A stretch of 64,000 bases of DNA from positions 118,041-182,040 of the forward strand of contig JBFRWN010000032.1 in assembly GCA_051439605.1 (NCBI GenBank). The letters run 5' to 3'. The translations under genes and the position numbers were made by a program. Shown here piece after piece: positions 40,763 through 50,554 of this stretch (within the stretch, counting starts at the first letter, position 1; each line of letters begins with the position of its first letter). This stretch comes from Synechococcus sp. Lineage in GTDB: Bacteria; Cyanobacteriota; Cyanobacteriia; Thermostichales; PCC-7336. The notes beneath the pieces were generated by a model that had not been told where the DNA came from, searched no databases, and worked only from the letters and a program-made list of their open reading frames with translations.

Positions 40763-40985
40763 ATGCCAGAGCCGGACGACATCGACGTGCAAGATATTGA
40801 CCATCTCTGAATCATCGCTGGCAGTTTGGATGAGATGGAGCTGATGGAAATCGTCAATGAACAGTGGGGAACTCACAAGCAAGAGAGCAACAGTGCTGGA
40901 CACGTTTTCAAAGCCTCGAACCTCAATTGTCTGGGCTTTCTGACGGCCCCGTTATATCGGTTCAGCTCATTCTTTGAGGGCAAAC
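40763..40985 (+). pseudogene. IS1634-family transposase N-terminal fragment (DUF4277-like)
   Basis: MPEPDDIDVQDIDHL*IIAGSLDEMELMEIVNEQ...AGHVFKA..LNCLGFLTAPLYRFSSFFEGK; in-frame TGA at 40808. Confidence 0.8.
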
Positions 40986-41033
40986 AACGGGACGGTTTTT
41001 GCCCGGTTGAGGCTCCACAATCGCTAAAGAGAC

Positions 41034-41061
41034 AAAAATCCCACCCGTACTCGGGTGGGAT
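41034..41061 (-). terminator. Terminator of gifA
   Basis: ATCCCACCCG-N4-CGGGTGGGAT hairpin with a T-run on the minus strand. Confidence 0.8.
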
Positions 41062-41111
41062 GGGAGATTTCATTGACGCATCAAACCACGGGGAGGGTGC
41101 TTGCCGGATAT

Positions 41112-41312
41112 CTAGCTCAGCGCAGATTGACTGCGAGCGTAGTCATGCCGAAAAGTAGGTTGAACCTTGCCCTGAATGTGGCCCCAGTAATCAATTTGAT
41201 TAGGAGACAGACCAACATTTGTAGCTGACCGGCTGAGCAAAGATTGCTGACGATTTTTGGCGCGGGCGCGACCAAGCATCATCAATCGACGGGTGTTTGC
41301 GGAAACAGTCAT
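41112..41312 (-). CDS. gifA: Glutamine synthetase inactivating factor IF7
   Basis: RxLMM...KNRQQSLLSR...YWGHIQGK...FRxDYxRS...LS; Arg8, Arg21 and Arg28 present. Confidence 0.9.
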   Translation of the reverse strand: MTVSANTRRLMMLGRARAKNRQQSLLSRSATNVGLSPNQIDYWGHIQGKVQPTFRHDYARSQSALS

Positions 41313-41362
41313 CGGGAAAACCTCAAATTACGAAGTATTGATGCGACGTCCTTACGGTTTAG

Positions 41363-41400
41363 ATCTTACCCCGTTCAGAAAAAAAGTAGCAAGTGTTACA
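41363..41400 (-). promoter_or_regulatory. gifA promoter with NtcA box over the -35
   Basis: GTA-GCAAGTGT-TAC at 41386-41399; minus-strand TTGCTA-N18-TAAGAT. Confidence 0.75.
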
Positions 41401-41697
41401 AAACACATTATTCTTTCTTGTCTTAATCTTGATTGTTTTCGCTTTTTCGCCGTGTGCCAAAGGACCTTTGTCTTCCCAGGTAAGGGCTCTAATCGGTCCA
41501 GGCTCTTTTTTATTAGGCGTTTGAGCGATCCTGTAAGGACTGTTGTGAAGAATTCGACATCGAGTTCAATTAAAAATCGGTTAGGGCACGCTGACATATG
41601 GAGGCTGTCAAGCCGCCGAGGTTATTGTGCGAGCTTGTCCCCATGACGAAACACGATCCACTGTCCCCCAGTCAAAAATTCACAACAATCGAGGTTG

Positions 41698-42210
41698 TTA
41701 ATGGATCGAGACGATTAACGTACAGGAGATAGCGATCGCGATCGCTCCGATTGAAAGGACGGTTGGCCAAAATTTTAGTTGGCCAGAAGGATACAGAGGG
41801 AATTTCTTCTTGCTCTTTTTGGCCGAGCGATCTTCGTTTAAGGGGTTGGCTGCTACATAAACCGTCGAAAAGCCGCTGTCGATTTGGCTGAAATCCGCCA
41901 TGTTGACTTTCCACTCTTTAGGGCGATTCAGGCTGGGTGCACTCCAAATTTGAGCTAGGTAGCGAGCTTTTTGACGGGTTTCGAGGTCTCCGCTAATTTT
42001 TAGGGGAGTGACCATTGAAATGGCCTCCTCTGTTTGGCCGACTGCGTTGGTGGCGATCGCCTGCCACAGTAGAAGATCGGGGTTGTCGGGATGCTGTTCG
42101 AGGGCAGTTGAGATTGTTGCTAGCGCATCTCTGTAGCGACCCCCCTCAAACAGTGTCTCAACGGCTGCAATGTAGGCATCTAAGCTGGTGGGCTCGGGAC
42201 TTTCTGGCAA
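41698..42210 (-). CDS. TPR-like protein with C-terminal TM helix
   Basis: FEGGRYRDAL TPR-type helices; hydrophobic C-terminus. Confidence 0.75.
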   Translation of the reverse strand: MPESPEPTSLDAYIAAVETLFEGGRYRDALATISTALEQHPDNPDLLLWQAIATNAVGQTEEAISMVTPLKISGDLETRQKARYLAQIWSAPSLNRPKEWKVNMADFSQIDSGFSTVYVAANPLNEDRSAKKSKKKFPLYPSGQLKFWPTVLSIGAIAIAISCTLIVSIH

Positions 42211-42478
42211 TGTTAAGCTCCTCGGACCTGATTGAAGTTCGCCAACAAAGCGGGTACTGAATACCGTTTTAGCATTGGAAAACGTCCTTCTGGGCGCTGG
42301 AAGGGGTTGACTGCGTACGCCCGCCCCAAATTCATTGACATGAGTAGACCGAGTCCTTGAATTGAATGGACTGCATTGTCCTCAGTCAGGTATTCAGGAC
42401 AAATCGGATTTTGGCCTACATGGCAATCAATGTAGGAGGTTATTCTGAGAACATCTAAAAAATCCGCTCCCTCAGCAC

Positions 42479-43270
42479 ATGTGTCGCATCTTTGGCTATC
42501 TCGGACAGCCCATCCAACTGGAACATCTATTGGTTAAGCCCGAGCATTCCCTCATCGTTCAAAGTTATCAACCCAAAGAATTGCGTACCGCCCTGCTGAA
42601 TGCAGATGGATTTGGTATGGGTTGGTATCATGCAGACCAGCCGCAGGCATTGCCCTATATCTATAGGAATGTCTTGCCCATCTGGAACGACACTAACTTC
42701 CCTCACCTGTGTCGGTATATCGAAACCCACTGCACGATCGCCAACGTGCGCAGCGCCACCCCTGGTTTGGCGGTGAATCTGGGCAATACCCATCCGTTTA
42801 CCAGCGATCGCCTCCTGTTTGTCCATAATGGATTCATTGAGGATTTCCGCAATACCCTTTATCGTCCGATCCGCAATCTGCTCAGCGATCGGGCTTATCA
42901 ATCGATTCAGGGGACGACCGACTCGGAACATCTGTTTGCCCTCCTGTGCGATCGCCTCGACCAAAATCCTGCGCTCTCGCTGACGGAAGCGGTGGCAGAA
43001 ACCTTGCAGGTGGTGACAGAACTCGCTGCCCCCCAGTCGATCCCCATCTATCTCAACCTGATGGTGACCGATGGCTCTCAGCTGGTAACTTGTCGCTATG
43101 CACGCCAAGGTCCAGCCCCCTCGCTCTATTGGTTGCGTGACGATCCCCTCTGGCCAAACTCGGTGGCGATTGCTTCAGAGCCCATGTTTGCGGGCAATTG
43201 GTTAACATGCAACGAAGCAAGCATCCTCACTGTAGGAAAAGACTTTGAGATCGACATTCAATACCTCTGA
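42479..43270 (+). CDS. egtC: Ergothioneine biosynthesis amidohydrolase EgtC
   Basis: N-terminal MCR, NADGFG, VRSATPG, HNG, GTTDSE; adjacent to egtB. Confidence 0.9.
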   Translation: MCRIFGYLGQPIQLEHLLVKPEHSLIVQSYQPKELRTALLNADGFGMGWYHADQPQALPYIYRNVLPIWNDTNFPHLCRYIETHCTIANVRSATPGLAVNLGNTHPFTSDRLLFVHNGFIEDFRNTLYRPIRNLLSDRAYQSIQGTTDSEHLFALLCDRLDQNPALSLTEAVAETLQVVTELAAPQSIPIYLNLMVTDGSQLVTCRYARQGPAPSLYWLRDDPLWPNSVAIASEPMFAGNWLTCNEASILTVGKDFEIDIQYL

Positions 43271-44585
43271 AGCCCCGAGGGACGACGATCGCAATGAGTT
43301 ACTGAAAAGTGGATTTGTGAATAGTGCATTATCGAATTGCGATTTGCGATCGTTTTTTCGCCAGCAGTTTCAGCATGCTCGCCAGTTAACGCTACAGATT
43401 TTTGGAGATCTCGATCGCTCCACCCTCTGTTATCAACCTCATCCGGACTTTAGTCCCATTGGCTGGCACTTGGGACATATCGCCATGACCGAGTCAATGT
43501 GGTTGTTGGAAACCTGTGACGGTCAGCCGGATAGCCACCCAAACTACCGTCAGTTGCTACTGGCAGATGGGTTGCCGAAACAAGAGCGCTGCCTACTGCC
43601 ACCCTTGACCGATCTGCTTGCCTACCTGCAAGAGGTGCGGCAGCGCACGTTTGAGTATTTGGAAAAAGCCAAACTTCTCGAGCAACAGCGGCTGTGGTAT
43701 TTCATCCTGCAGCACGAATGCCAACATGCCGAGACCGCGGCGCTAGTCTTAGCGCTGCAACAGTATCCCGATATTCCCTCCCAGCCGGTCAGCACAAGCC
43801 GAGTACAGAGCGAGATGGTGGAGATTCCAGCGGGAGAGTTTGTCATGGGATGCGATCGCCCCTTTGCCCTGGACAACGAGCAAGGTCGTCATCGTCGCAA
43901 TTTGCCAACATTCTGGCTCGATCGCTATCCCGTTACTCAAGCGCATTTTGGGAGTTTCATTGAGGCTGGAGGGTACCAACACTCCGACTGGTGGTCGCCG
44001 GAAGGCTGGAGCTGGCTGCAGTCATCCTCAGAATTTGGTACCTCCATTAAAGGGCCACGCTATTGGAGAGAGGGGCAAGAGTTTGGGACCCATCCGGTTT
44101 GCGGAGTGAGTTATTACGAGGCAGAGGCGTATGCCAGATACGTCGGTAAACGATTGCCCACCGAAGCCGAATGGGAAAAGGCCGCCAGTTGGGATAACGG
44201 TTTGAGGACGAAGCGTCTTTATCCATGGGGAGACTCGAGTGATTTGACTGGGAGCGATCGCCACTGCAATCTTTCCCATTGCCACAGGGGTACGACATCC
44301 GTAACAGCGTCCTTAGCTGGAACTAGTGCCTACGGTTGCCAAGACATGTTGGGCAACGTGTGGGAATGGACCAACAGTTGGTTTGATGGTTTTCCCAGCT
44401 TCCAGTACTACCCCTATCGAGGCTATTCACAAGCCTACTTCGATCGCCAGCATCGCGTATTGAAGGGGGGCAGTTGGGCCACCTATCCCTGGTCTATTCG
44501 CACCTCATTCCGCAATTGGTATCACCCTTGGGTACGGCAAATCTTTGCCGGGTTTCGCTGCGCCAGCGATCGACCTTCTGAATGA
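43245..44585 (+). CDS. egtB: Ergothioneine sulfoxide synthase EgtB
   Basis: SPIGWHLGH and QHECQHAE metal motifs; FGE-like RLPTEAEWEKAA, GNVWEWT, GFRCA; start uncertain. Confidence 0.88.
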   Translation: MRSTFNTSEAPRDDDRNELLKSGFVNSALSNCDLRSFFRQQFQHARQLTLQIFGDLDRSTLCYQPHPDFSPIGWHLGHIAMTESMWLLETCDGQPDSHPNYRQLLLADGLPKQERCLLPPLTDLLAYLQEVRQRTFEYLEKAKLLEQQRLWYFILQHECQHAETAALVLALQQYPDIPSQPVSTSRVQSEMVEIPAGEFVMGCDRPFALDNEQGRHRRNLPTFWLDRYPVTQAHFGSFIEAGGYQHSDWWSPEGWSWLQSSSEFGTSIKGPRYWREGQEFGTHPVCGVSYYEAEAYARYVGKRLPTEAEWEKAASWDNGLRTKRLYPWGDSSDLTGSDRHCNLSHCHRGTTSVTASLAGTSAYGCQDMLGNVWEWTNSWFDGFPSFQYYPYRGYSQAYFDRQHRVLKGGSWATYPWSIRTSFRNWYHPWVRQIFAGFRCASDRPSE

Positions 44586-44657
44586 CCATACTGCCTGTTG
44601 GATAGATATCAGACTCATTTGTTCGAGATTAATAATCGGCCTTGCCTGCGCGATCGC

Positions 44658-45740
44658 TTAAGCCAGATCGGGAAATACGTCGCAAACGGCGGGATGCACT
44701 AGCTTTCCTGCATGGACGTTTAGCCCCGTTTGTAGACCGGGATCCTGCTCGATCGCCTCCAGCCCCCCATCCGCCAGCTTCAGAGTGTAGGGTAGCGTGC
44801 TGTTATTCAGTGCCTGGGTTGCCGTCCGAGGCACCGAACCAGGCATGTTGGGCACGCCGTAATGAATCACCCCCGATTCGACGTAGGTGGGGTTGGTGTG
44901 GGAGGTGGGACGAGTGGTTTCGATACAGCCCCCTTGATCCACCGCTACATCGACGATCGCCGAGCCAGCCGCCATCTTGGCCACCGTTTCCCCCTTCACC
45001 AGATGGGGGGCTTTTTTCCCAGGAATCAACACGGCCCCCACCAACAGGTCTGCTTGGGGGACCACATCCTCAATCTGAGCTACGGTGCTGTACAGCAGCT
45101 CTACCCGCGACCCAAATAGCGATTCCAGTTCCCCCAAACGGTTCACGTTAATATCCAGTATTTGTACCCGCGCCCCCATGCCAATCGCCATCCGAGCCGC
45201 CTCGGTGCCCACCACACCTCCCCCCAAAATGACCACTTGCCCCGGCGGCACCCCTGGAATTCCTCCTAACAAAATTCCCCGTCCCCCCTCCTGGCGTTCT
45301 AGATATCGCACCCCGATTTGGATGGAAAGACGACCCGCAATAATGCTCATGGGGATCAGCAGTGGTAGGCTGCCCCTATCTTCTACAGACTCGTAGGCTA
45401 CGGCGGTCACGCCGCTACTCATGAGCTTCTCCGTCAGCGATCGAGAGGCAGCCAAATGCAGGTAGGTAAATAACAGTTGCCCCGATTTCATCAGAGGATA
45501 CTCGGCGGGCAACGGCTCTTTGACTTTAACCACTAACTCGCGATCCCAGGCGTCAGCGGCAGCCGTTGCGATTTGGGCTCCGGCTGCTTTGTAGTCGCGA
45601 TCGCTAAACCCCGATCCCAGACCAGCGTCGGTTTCCACCAGAACAGAATGACCGGAATGGCTTAATGCCCTTACGCTGGCAGGACTCAGCCCCACCCGAA
45701 ACTCTCGATCCTTAATTTCTTTGGGAACACCAATGTCCAT
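44658..45740 (-). CDS. ald: Alanine dehydrogenase
   Basis: MDIGVPKEIK, KVKEP, FTYLHLAA, GGGVVG, DVAVDQGG, VPNMPG. Confidence 0.96.
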   Translation of the reverse strand: MDIGVPKEIKDREFRVGLSPASVRALSHSGHSVLVETDAGLGSGFSDRDYKAAGAQIATAAADAWDRELVVKVKEPLPAEYPLMKSGQLLFTYLHLAASRSLTEKLMSSGVTAVAYESVEDRGSLPLLIPMSIIAGRLSIQIGVRYLERQEGGRGILLGGIPGVPPGQVVILGGGVVGTEAARMAIGMGARVQILDINVNRLGELESLFGSRVELLYSTVAQIEDVVPQADLLVGAVLIPGKKAPHLVKGETVAKMAAGSAIVDVAVDQGGCIETTRPTSHTNPTYVESGVIHYGVPNMPGSVPRTATQALNNSTLPYTLKLADGGLEAIEQDPGLQTGLNVHAGKLVHPAVCDVFPDLA

Positions 45741-45856
45741 AGTTCTGTCCCTAGTCAATCCAGTGGCACAAATGCTGCAGCATTGGCCTATACATTTCAC
45801 TGTGCCAGCAAACGATCGGTTCTAACCCACTAATTCAAGTCTGGAGCGGTTATTCT

Positions 45857-46561
45857 TTAGTGACCGTTCGATTCCTTCAGTTTGTCAGCAGCCTCTTGGC
45901 GCAGTCTTTGGGCAATGCGGAATAATTCTTGGCCGGTGTGCAGGTGGCGATCGTCAAAGTTGAGGGAGAAATACTTTAATTCGTCTAAAGCATCTCCTAA
46001 CTGACTCATGCAGTAGTAAAGGCTGGATGCCACCCCTGCCAGGGTGCTGGGGTTGGGTTGCTTGCGAAACAGCTTCTCGGCTTTGGCAAATTTAGTTTGG
46101 CAAGTTCCAACGTATGCCGCAAAGTTCCCCACCAGTTCGTCGTCGTAGGGATCGGCGGATAGGGCCACAATCTCTGATTTAAGCGATCGCAATATTCCAC
46201 CCAATTGGCGATTGACAGGAGTGTACACCTGTTTCAACCAAGCCTGTCGGGCCAACTCTTCATCGCTGGCGGTGGGTTGATGTTGCATTTCCATCGCCGA
46301 CTGCATGCGGGAGGCAAGATCGGGGGCCGGCTTCAGTTGAGCGTCGTAGTCTTTGCGGGAGTCGTGATGTTTGAGAACTTCGTAGGCCGCATTGATTTTG
46401 CGAATTTTTTCCGCACTGGCAGCCACATCAAGAGGACTCGCTTGAGCGTCTGGATGATGCCGTTTCACCAGCCGCCGATATGACAGCTTGATCTCGACGA
46501 AGGACGCATTAGCCGAGACTTCTAGCACTTGGTAGTGGGTCTGTTTGCGACGGCGAACCAT
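45857..46561 (-). CDS. J-domain (DnaJ-like) protein
   Basis: HYQVLEV, HHPD, INAAYEVL; C-terminal ADPYDDEL domain. Confidence 0.9.
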   Translation of the reverse strand: MVRRRKQTHYQVLEVSANASFVEIKLSYRRLVKRHHPDAQASPLDVAASAEKIRKINAAYEVLKHHDSRKDYDAQLKPAPDLASRMQSAMEMQHQPTASDEELARQAWLKQVYTPVNRQLGGILRSLKSEIVALSADPYDDELVGNFAAYVGTCQTKFAKAEKLFRKQPNPSTLAGVASSLYYCMSQLGDALDELKYFSLNFDDRHLHTGQELFRIAQRLRQEAADKLKESNGH

Positions 46562-46721
46562 AGGGAGCAGGGGTGATAGTTTCGGAGATTGCTTATTCTA
46601 ATTCCAACCTAAAATTGAGGGGCATGCTTGGAAATATTATGGTTGGACATTGCATTTCTTCAATCAGTTGCCCGATCGCGCGAATTCCCAGACTCTATCT
46701 GTATGAACTCTATTCTGTGCC

Positions 46722-47159
46722 ATGACTAACCCAACCCCCTCTCCTTCTGCTCAGTCAGACCCTGGATTTTTCAAGGTGGTCACGGGGACAGCCATTTCAG
46801 GGGGGATGGCATACCTCTTCATTCGCCTGCTGCAGTCGATTGTTAAAAATCTCCCCCCCATCGCGGTGGATGGGTCACCTCTTGCCCGCAGTATTTCCAT
46901 TGGGGTGCGTTACATGCTGGTGGGCTCGATCGGGTTAATGGCTTTCATGTTTTCGATGGTTACGATCGGACTGTTTGCATACAGCGCTCAGCTGATGTGG
47001 CTTTCGCTAACAGGACACAACAAACGAGCTAGCCAGGACAAAAAAAAGGACGACATCGCTGCGATTGTTGAGGAGGAAAAACAGGCGGGCGAACAAGCTG
47101 AAAGGGAAGGTTGCCTTGAGGACAATAGGAGTGATGGCGATGCAGCTGAGACTGCGTAA
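46722..47159 (+). CDS. Two-TM membrane protein (DUF3082-like)
   Basis: Two hydrophobic helices with ARSISIGVR linker. Confidence 0.7.
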   Translation: MTNPTPSPSAQSDPGFFKVVTGTAISGGMAYLFIRLLQSIVKNLPPIAVDGSPLARSISIGVRYMLVGSIGLMAFMFSMVTIGLFAYSAQLMWLSLTGHNKRASQDKKKDDIAAIVEEEKQAGEQAEREGCLEDNRSDGDAAETA

Positions 47160-47352
47160 TCGCTTGTCACTTAAGCGCAAGATGGAGCTTAAGCTGGCTT
47201 GCAATAGCGATACAAATCTAAGGCTAGGATTAATTCTTGTAACCTTTACCCCTCAAAAGCAGTAGCTCCCTTGTCATAAGGGGAAAGCAGGAAAAATCCC
47301 TGTGATATTATGGCAGCCGAATAGATTGACATTTGATAGGAGTTTGCCGTCT

Positions 47353-47682
47353 ATGTCGGGAGCCGTTGACGTAAAAGATGACAGCTTTGAAACAGAAGTA
47401 ATTGGTAGCGACCTACCTGTCCTCGTAGATTTTTGGGCTCCCTGGTGCGGCCCCTGCCGCATGGTTGCACCTGTTGTGCAAGAAATTGCCGAGCAATATG
47501 ACGGCAAAGTAAAAGTCGTCAAAATGAACACTGACGAGAACCCCAAAGTGGCCAGCGAGTACGGTATTCGCAGCATCCCCACCCTGATGGTGTTCAAGGG
47601 CGGTCAAAAAGTTGACGTGGTGGTCGGTGCTGTACCCAAGGCAACCTTGGCCAGTACTCTAGAGAAGCACATCGACGCATAG
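47353..47682 (+). CDS. trxA: Thioredoxin (m-type)
   Basis: [28 protein letters not shown] before ATG 47353. Confidence 0.96.
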   Translation: MSGAVDVKDDSFETEVIGSDLPVLVDFWAPWCGPCRMVAPVVQEIAEQYDGKVKVVKMNTDENPKVASEYGIRSIPTLMVFKGGQKVDVVVGAVPKATLASTLEKHIDA

Positions 47683-47700
47683 CGATCGCGCTAGCCTTCC

Positions 47701-48756
47701 TTGAGCGAATTTACCTCTGAAACGTTACTCGCCTGCGATCAGTTGCTCCAGCAAATGGAGGACAGGTCCAACAACGATGTTTGGATCGGGATTTTGCAGG
47801 CCCTCGTACAAATCGGTCATCTCGACCTGACCCGTCTAGATGTCAAGATTCTGCTGTCAACTTTGCGAGACATGGAATCGGGTTATCGGTCCTTCGAAGC
47901 CCACCGCCACACTCGCAAAGTTGCAATTTTTGGTTCGGCTAGATCCCCCGAAAGCTCTCCAGAATTCCAACACGCTTATGCCTTTGCCCAGTGCATTACC
48001 CGTCAGGGTTTTGCAGTGATGACTGGTGGGGGGGGAGGCATCATGGAGGCGGGAAACAAGGGGGCGGGGTTAGAAAAATCCTTTGGTCTCAACATTCAAC
48101 TACCGTTCGAACAGGAATCGAATCCCATCATCGCAGCCAGCGATCGCGAGATTAATTTCAAATATTTCTTTATCCGCAAGCTATTTTTCCTCAAAGAATC
48201 TGACGCTGTGGTGCTCTTCCCAGGCGGCTTTGGCACGCAGGATGAAGGATTCGAAACCCTAACGTTGATGCAAACGGGGAAAGCCCAGCTCATGCCGCTG
48301 GTGCTAGTCGATCGCCCTGGAGGCCGCTACTGGCACGATTGGGATGCTTACATTCGTTCCAACCTGCTGGCCAGAGGGTTGGTCAGTCCTGAAGATATCG
48401 AGATCTACACGATTACGGATGACATCTCCACTGCCTGCGAGGCCATCACCGACTTTTACCGCACCTTCCACAGCGATCGCTACGTCGGCGAGTTGTTGGT
48501 GTTGCGCCTCAATAACGAGCTGACGGATGCATCTGTAACGGAGTTGAACGAAAAGTTTGGTGATATTCTCCTTTCTGGGAAGATTGAAAAATCTGGACCG
48601 CTGCCTCCAGAGTTTGGCGATGAAACCGAGTCTTTACCCCGTCTGGTGATGCACTTTAATCAGCGGAATTTCGGTCGCCTTTGGCAGATGGTACGGGCCA
48701 TTAACCGCCTAGACTGCATCGATCACCGGGTCAACCTGCATCCCGAACGGAAATAG
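47701..48756 (+). CDS. LOG-family nucleotide phosphoribohydrolase
   Basis: FGSAR, TGGGGGIMEA, PGGFGTQDE. Confidence 0.9.
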   Translation: MSEFTSETLLACDQLLQQMEDRSNNDVWIGILQALVQIGHLDLTRLDVKILLSTLRDMESGYRSFEAHRHTRKVAIFGSARSPESSPEFQHAYAFAQCITRQGFAVMTGGGGGIMEAGNKGAGLEKSFGLNIQLPFEQESNPIIAASDREINFKYFFIRKLFFLKESDAVVLFPGGFGTQDEGFETLTLMQTGKAQLMPLVLVDRPGGRYWHDWDAYIRSNLLARGLVSPEDIEIYTITDDISTACEAITDFYRTFHSDRYVGELLVLRLNNELTDASVTELNEKFGDILLSGKIEKSGPLPPEFGDETESLPRLVMHFNQRNFGRLWQMVRAINRLDCIDHRVNLHPERK

Positions 48757-48761
48757 ACCGG

Positions 48762-49421
48762 ATGTTTGTCAAAATTTGCGGTATTACCCAGGTGGAACAG
48801 GGACGCGCGATCGCCCAAGCATTCCTGCAACACGGTCTGGAGGGGAAATGTGCCATTGGTTTCATTTGTACTTCCCGATCCAAGCGATTCCTCCCTCCAG
48901 AGCGGATTCGGGAGATTGTTGCCTCGCTACCCGCAGGGGTAGAAACCATCGGGGTGTTTGTGGATGAGGCATCGGAGCAAGTAGCCGCCACCGTCCAGTA
49001 CGCGGGGCTCAGTGGAGTGCAATTGCATGGCAATGAATCGGTGGAATACTGTCGCAACTTGCGGGGAGTGCTTGTAAAGCAAAAGATTGTAAAAGCGTTG
49101 CGTCTCAAACAGGCGATCGAACTCGAGCATTTGTTACGGTATCGAAATGTTGTCGATGCCTATCTGATTGATGCCTATCATCCCCAACAGGCAGGAGGAA
49201 CGGGCCTCAAGGCGGATTGGACATTATTGCGAGGCTTTGCCCCCGATCGTCCTTGGTTACTAGCGGGGGGACTAACCCCTGAGAATGTGAAAGAGGCGAT
49301 CGCGGCCCTTAACCCCAATGGAATTGATGTGTCCAGCGGAGTGGAGATAACACCGGGGATCAAAGATTTGCAAAAAGTAGCGCTGCTGCTGGAGAGTATT
49401 TCCGAGCTGGCGACGGCTTAG
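48762..49421 (+). CDS. trpF: Phosphoribosylanthranilate isomerase
   Basis: VKICGIT, VQLHGNE, GGTG, LAGGLTPENV, DVSSGVE. Confidence 0.95.
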   Translation: MFVKICGITQVEQGRAIAQAFLQHGLEGKCAIGFICTSRSKRFLPPERIREIVASLPAGVETIGVFVDEASEQVAATVQYAGLSGVQLHGNESVEYCRNLRGVLVKQKIVKALRLKQAIELEHLLRYRNVVDAYLIDAYHPQQAGGTGLKADWTLLRGFAPDRPWLLAGGLTPENVKEAIAALNPNGIDVSSGVEITPGIKDLQKVALLLESISELATA

Positions 49422-49531
49422 CCTACATCCTTTTTCTGCAGGGCCCTATTTATTGATGCTTCTCTCGGGCAATCTCAAATTTAATGGCCGAATTGACTTA
49501 GGATGAGCTGCAGATTCTCCCCAGCAACCAC

Positions 49532-50440
49532 GTGAATTCTCGGACCCAGCTCTCTGCCTACCCCTTTACTCTTTCTGCCAGCGCTCAAGCATTAACTGAA
49601 GCCACTTCCATCGCAGTAGCTGAGTCGATTCGGCAGACTAAAATTATGACCCCCTTTAGCAGCGATCCCATCGCGACAACGTTTGTGCAGCAGGGGCAAG
49701 GAACTCCCGTGCTATTGCTACATGGGTTCGATAGCTCTGTCTTCGAGTACCGTCGCCTGCTCCCCTTTTTGGCGTGCCATCACGAAACTTGGGCGGTGGA
49801 TCTGCTGGGATTTGGGTTTACGCAACGACCGGAGGATCTCTCCTTTTCCCCCACCGAAATTCGTTCCCACCTGCATGCATTTTGGCAGCAGGCGATCGCC
49901 CGTCCTGTCGTCCTAGCGGGAGCCTCGATGGGGGGGGCAGCGGCAATTGATTTTGCACTAGCCTACCCAGAAGCAGTCGATCTCCTGATCCTATTAGATA
50001 GTGCGGGGTTTGCCAAAGGGGGACCGGAAACTAAGCTGATGGTACCTCCGCTGGATTGGATTGCTACAGAGGTACTGCGCAACTCTTGGGTGCGCAATCG
50101 CATTAGCCGATTGGCCTATGAGAATTGCAGCTTTGCCTCTCAAGATGCGGCCACTTGTGCAGCATTGCACCTGGAATGCGAAGGATGGCGGCGGGCGACG
50201 ATTGCCTTCACGAAAAGCGGCGGATACACATTTTTATCGGAGCAGATAAAGCATGTGAAGGTTCCTACCCTGGTGCTTTGGGGAGAACAAGATCGGATTC
50301 TAGGTATAGATGATGCGAAGAAATTTGAACGAGCAATTGAAAAGAGCCAATTAGTTTGGATTGAGGACTGCGGTCACGTGCCCCATTTAGAAAAAACTTC
50401 GCAGACAGCAGAAACGATCTTGCGATGGCTTGATAGATAG
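49532..50440 (+). CDS. Alpha/beta fold hydrolase
   Basis: LLLHGFDSS, GASMGG, CGHVPHLE. Confidence 0.9.
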   Translation: MNSRTQLSAYPFTLSASAQALTEATSIAVAESIRQTKIMTPFSSDPIATTFVQQGQGTPVLLLHGFDSSVFEYRRLLPFLACHHETWAVDLLGFGFTQRPEDLSFSPTEIRSHLHAFWQQAIARPVVLAGASMGGAAAIDFALAYPEAVDLLILLDSAGFAKGGPETKLMVPPLDWIATEVLRNSWVRNRISRLAYENCSFASQDAATCAALHLECEGWRRATIAFTKSGGYTFLSEQIKHVKVPTLVLWGEQDRILGIDDAKKFERAIEKSQLVWIEDCGHVPHLEKTSQTAETILRWLDR

Positions 50441-50554
50441 TTATAGTACTGGCCATCTCAGATAATATAAATAAATCTATGCTGACTGAGAGTCCTTGTG
50501 AAATGAGATGTTGCGAGCAACTTGAGAAGTAATAATCGGTACTGAGACAAGAAG

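Noticed and set aside
40826..41158. 110-aa ORF as an intact gene
   Set aside because: It is the IS1634 fragment after the premature stop, reading through the gifA terminator
43245..44585. Selenoneine (SenA) or ovothiol (OvoA) assignment
   Set aside because: No senB/senC neighbours and no C-terminal methyltransferase domain; adjacent egtC supports EgtB
47160..47352. Yfr1 sRNA, often found near trxA
   Set aside because: The ACTCCTCACAC signature is absent
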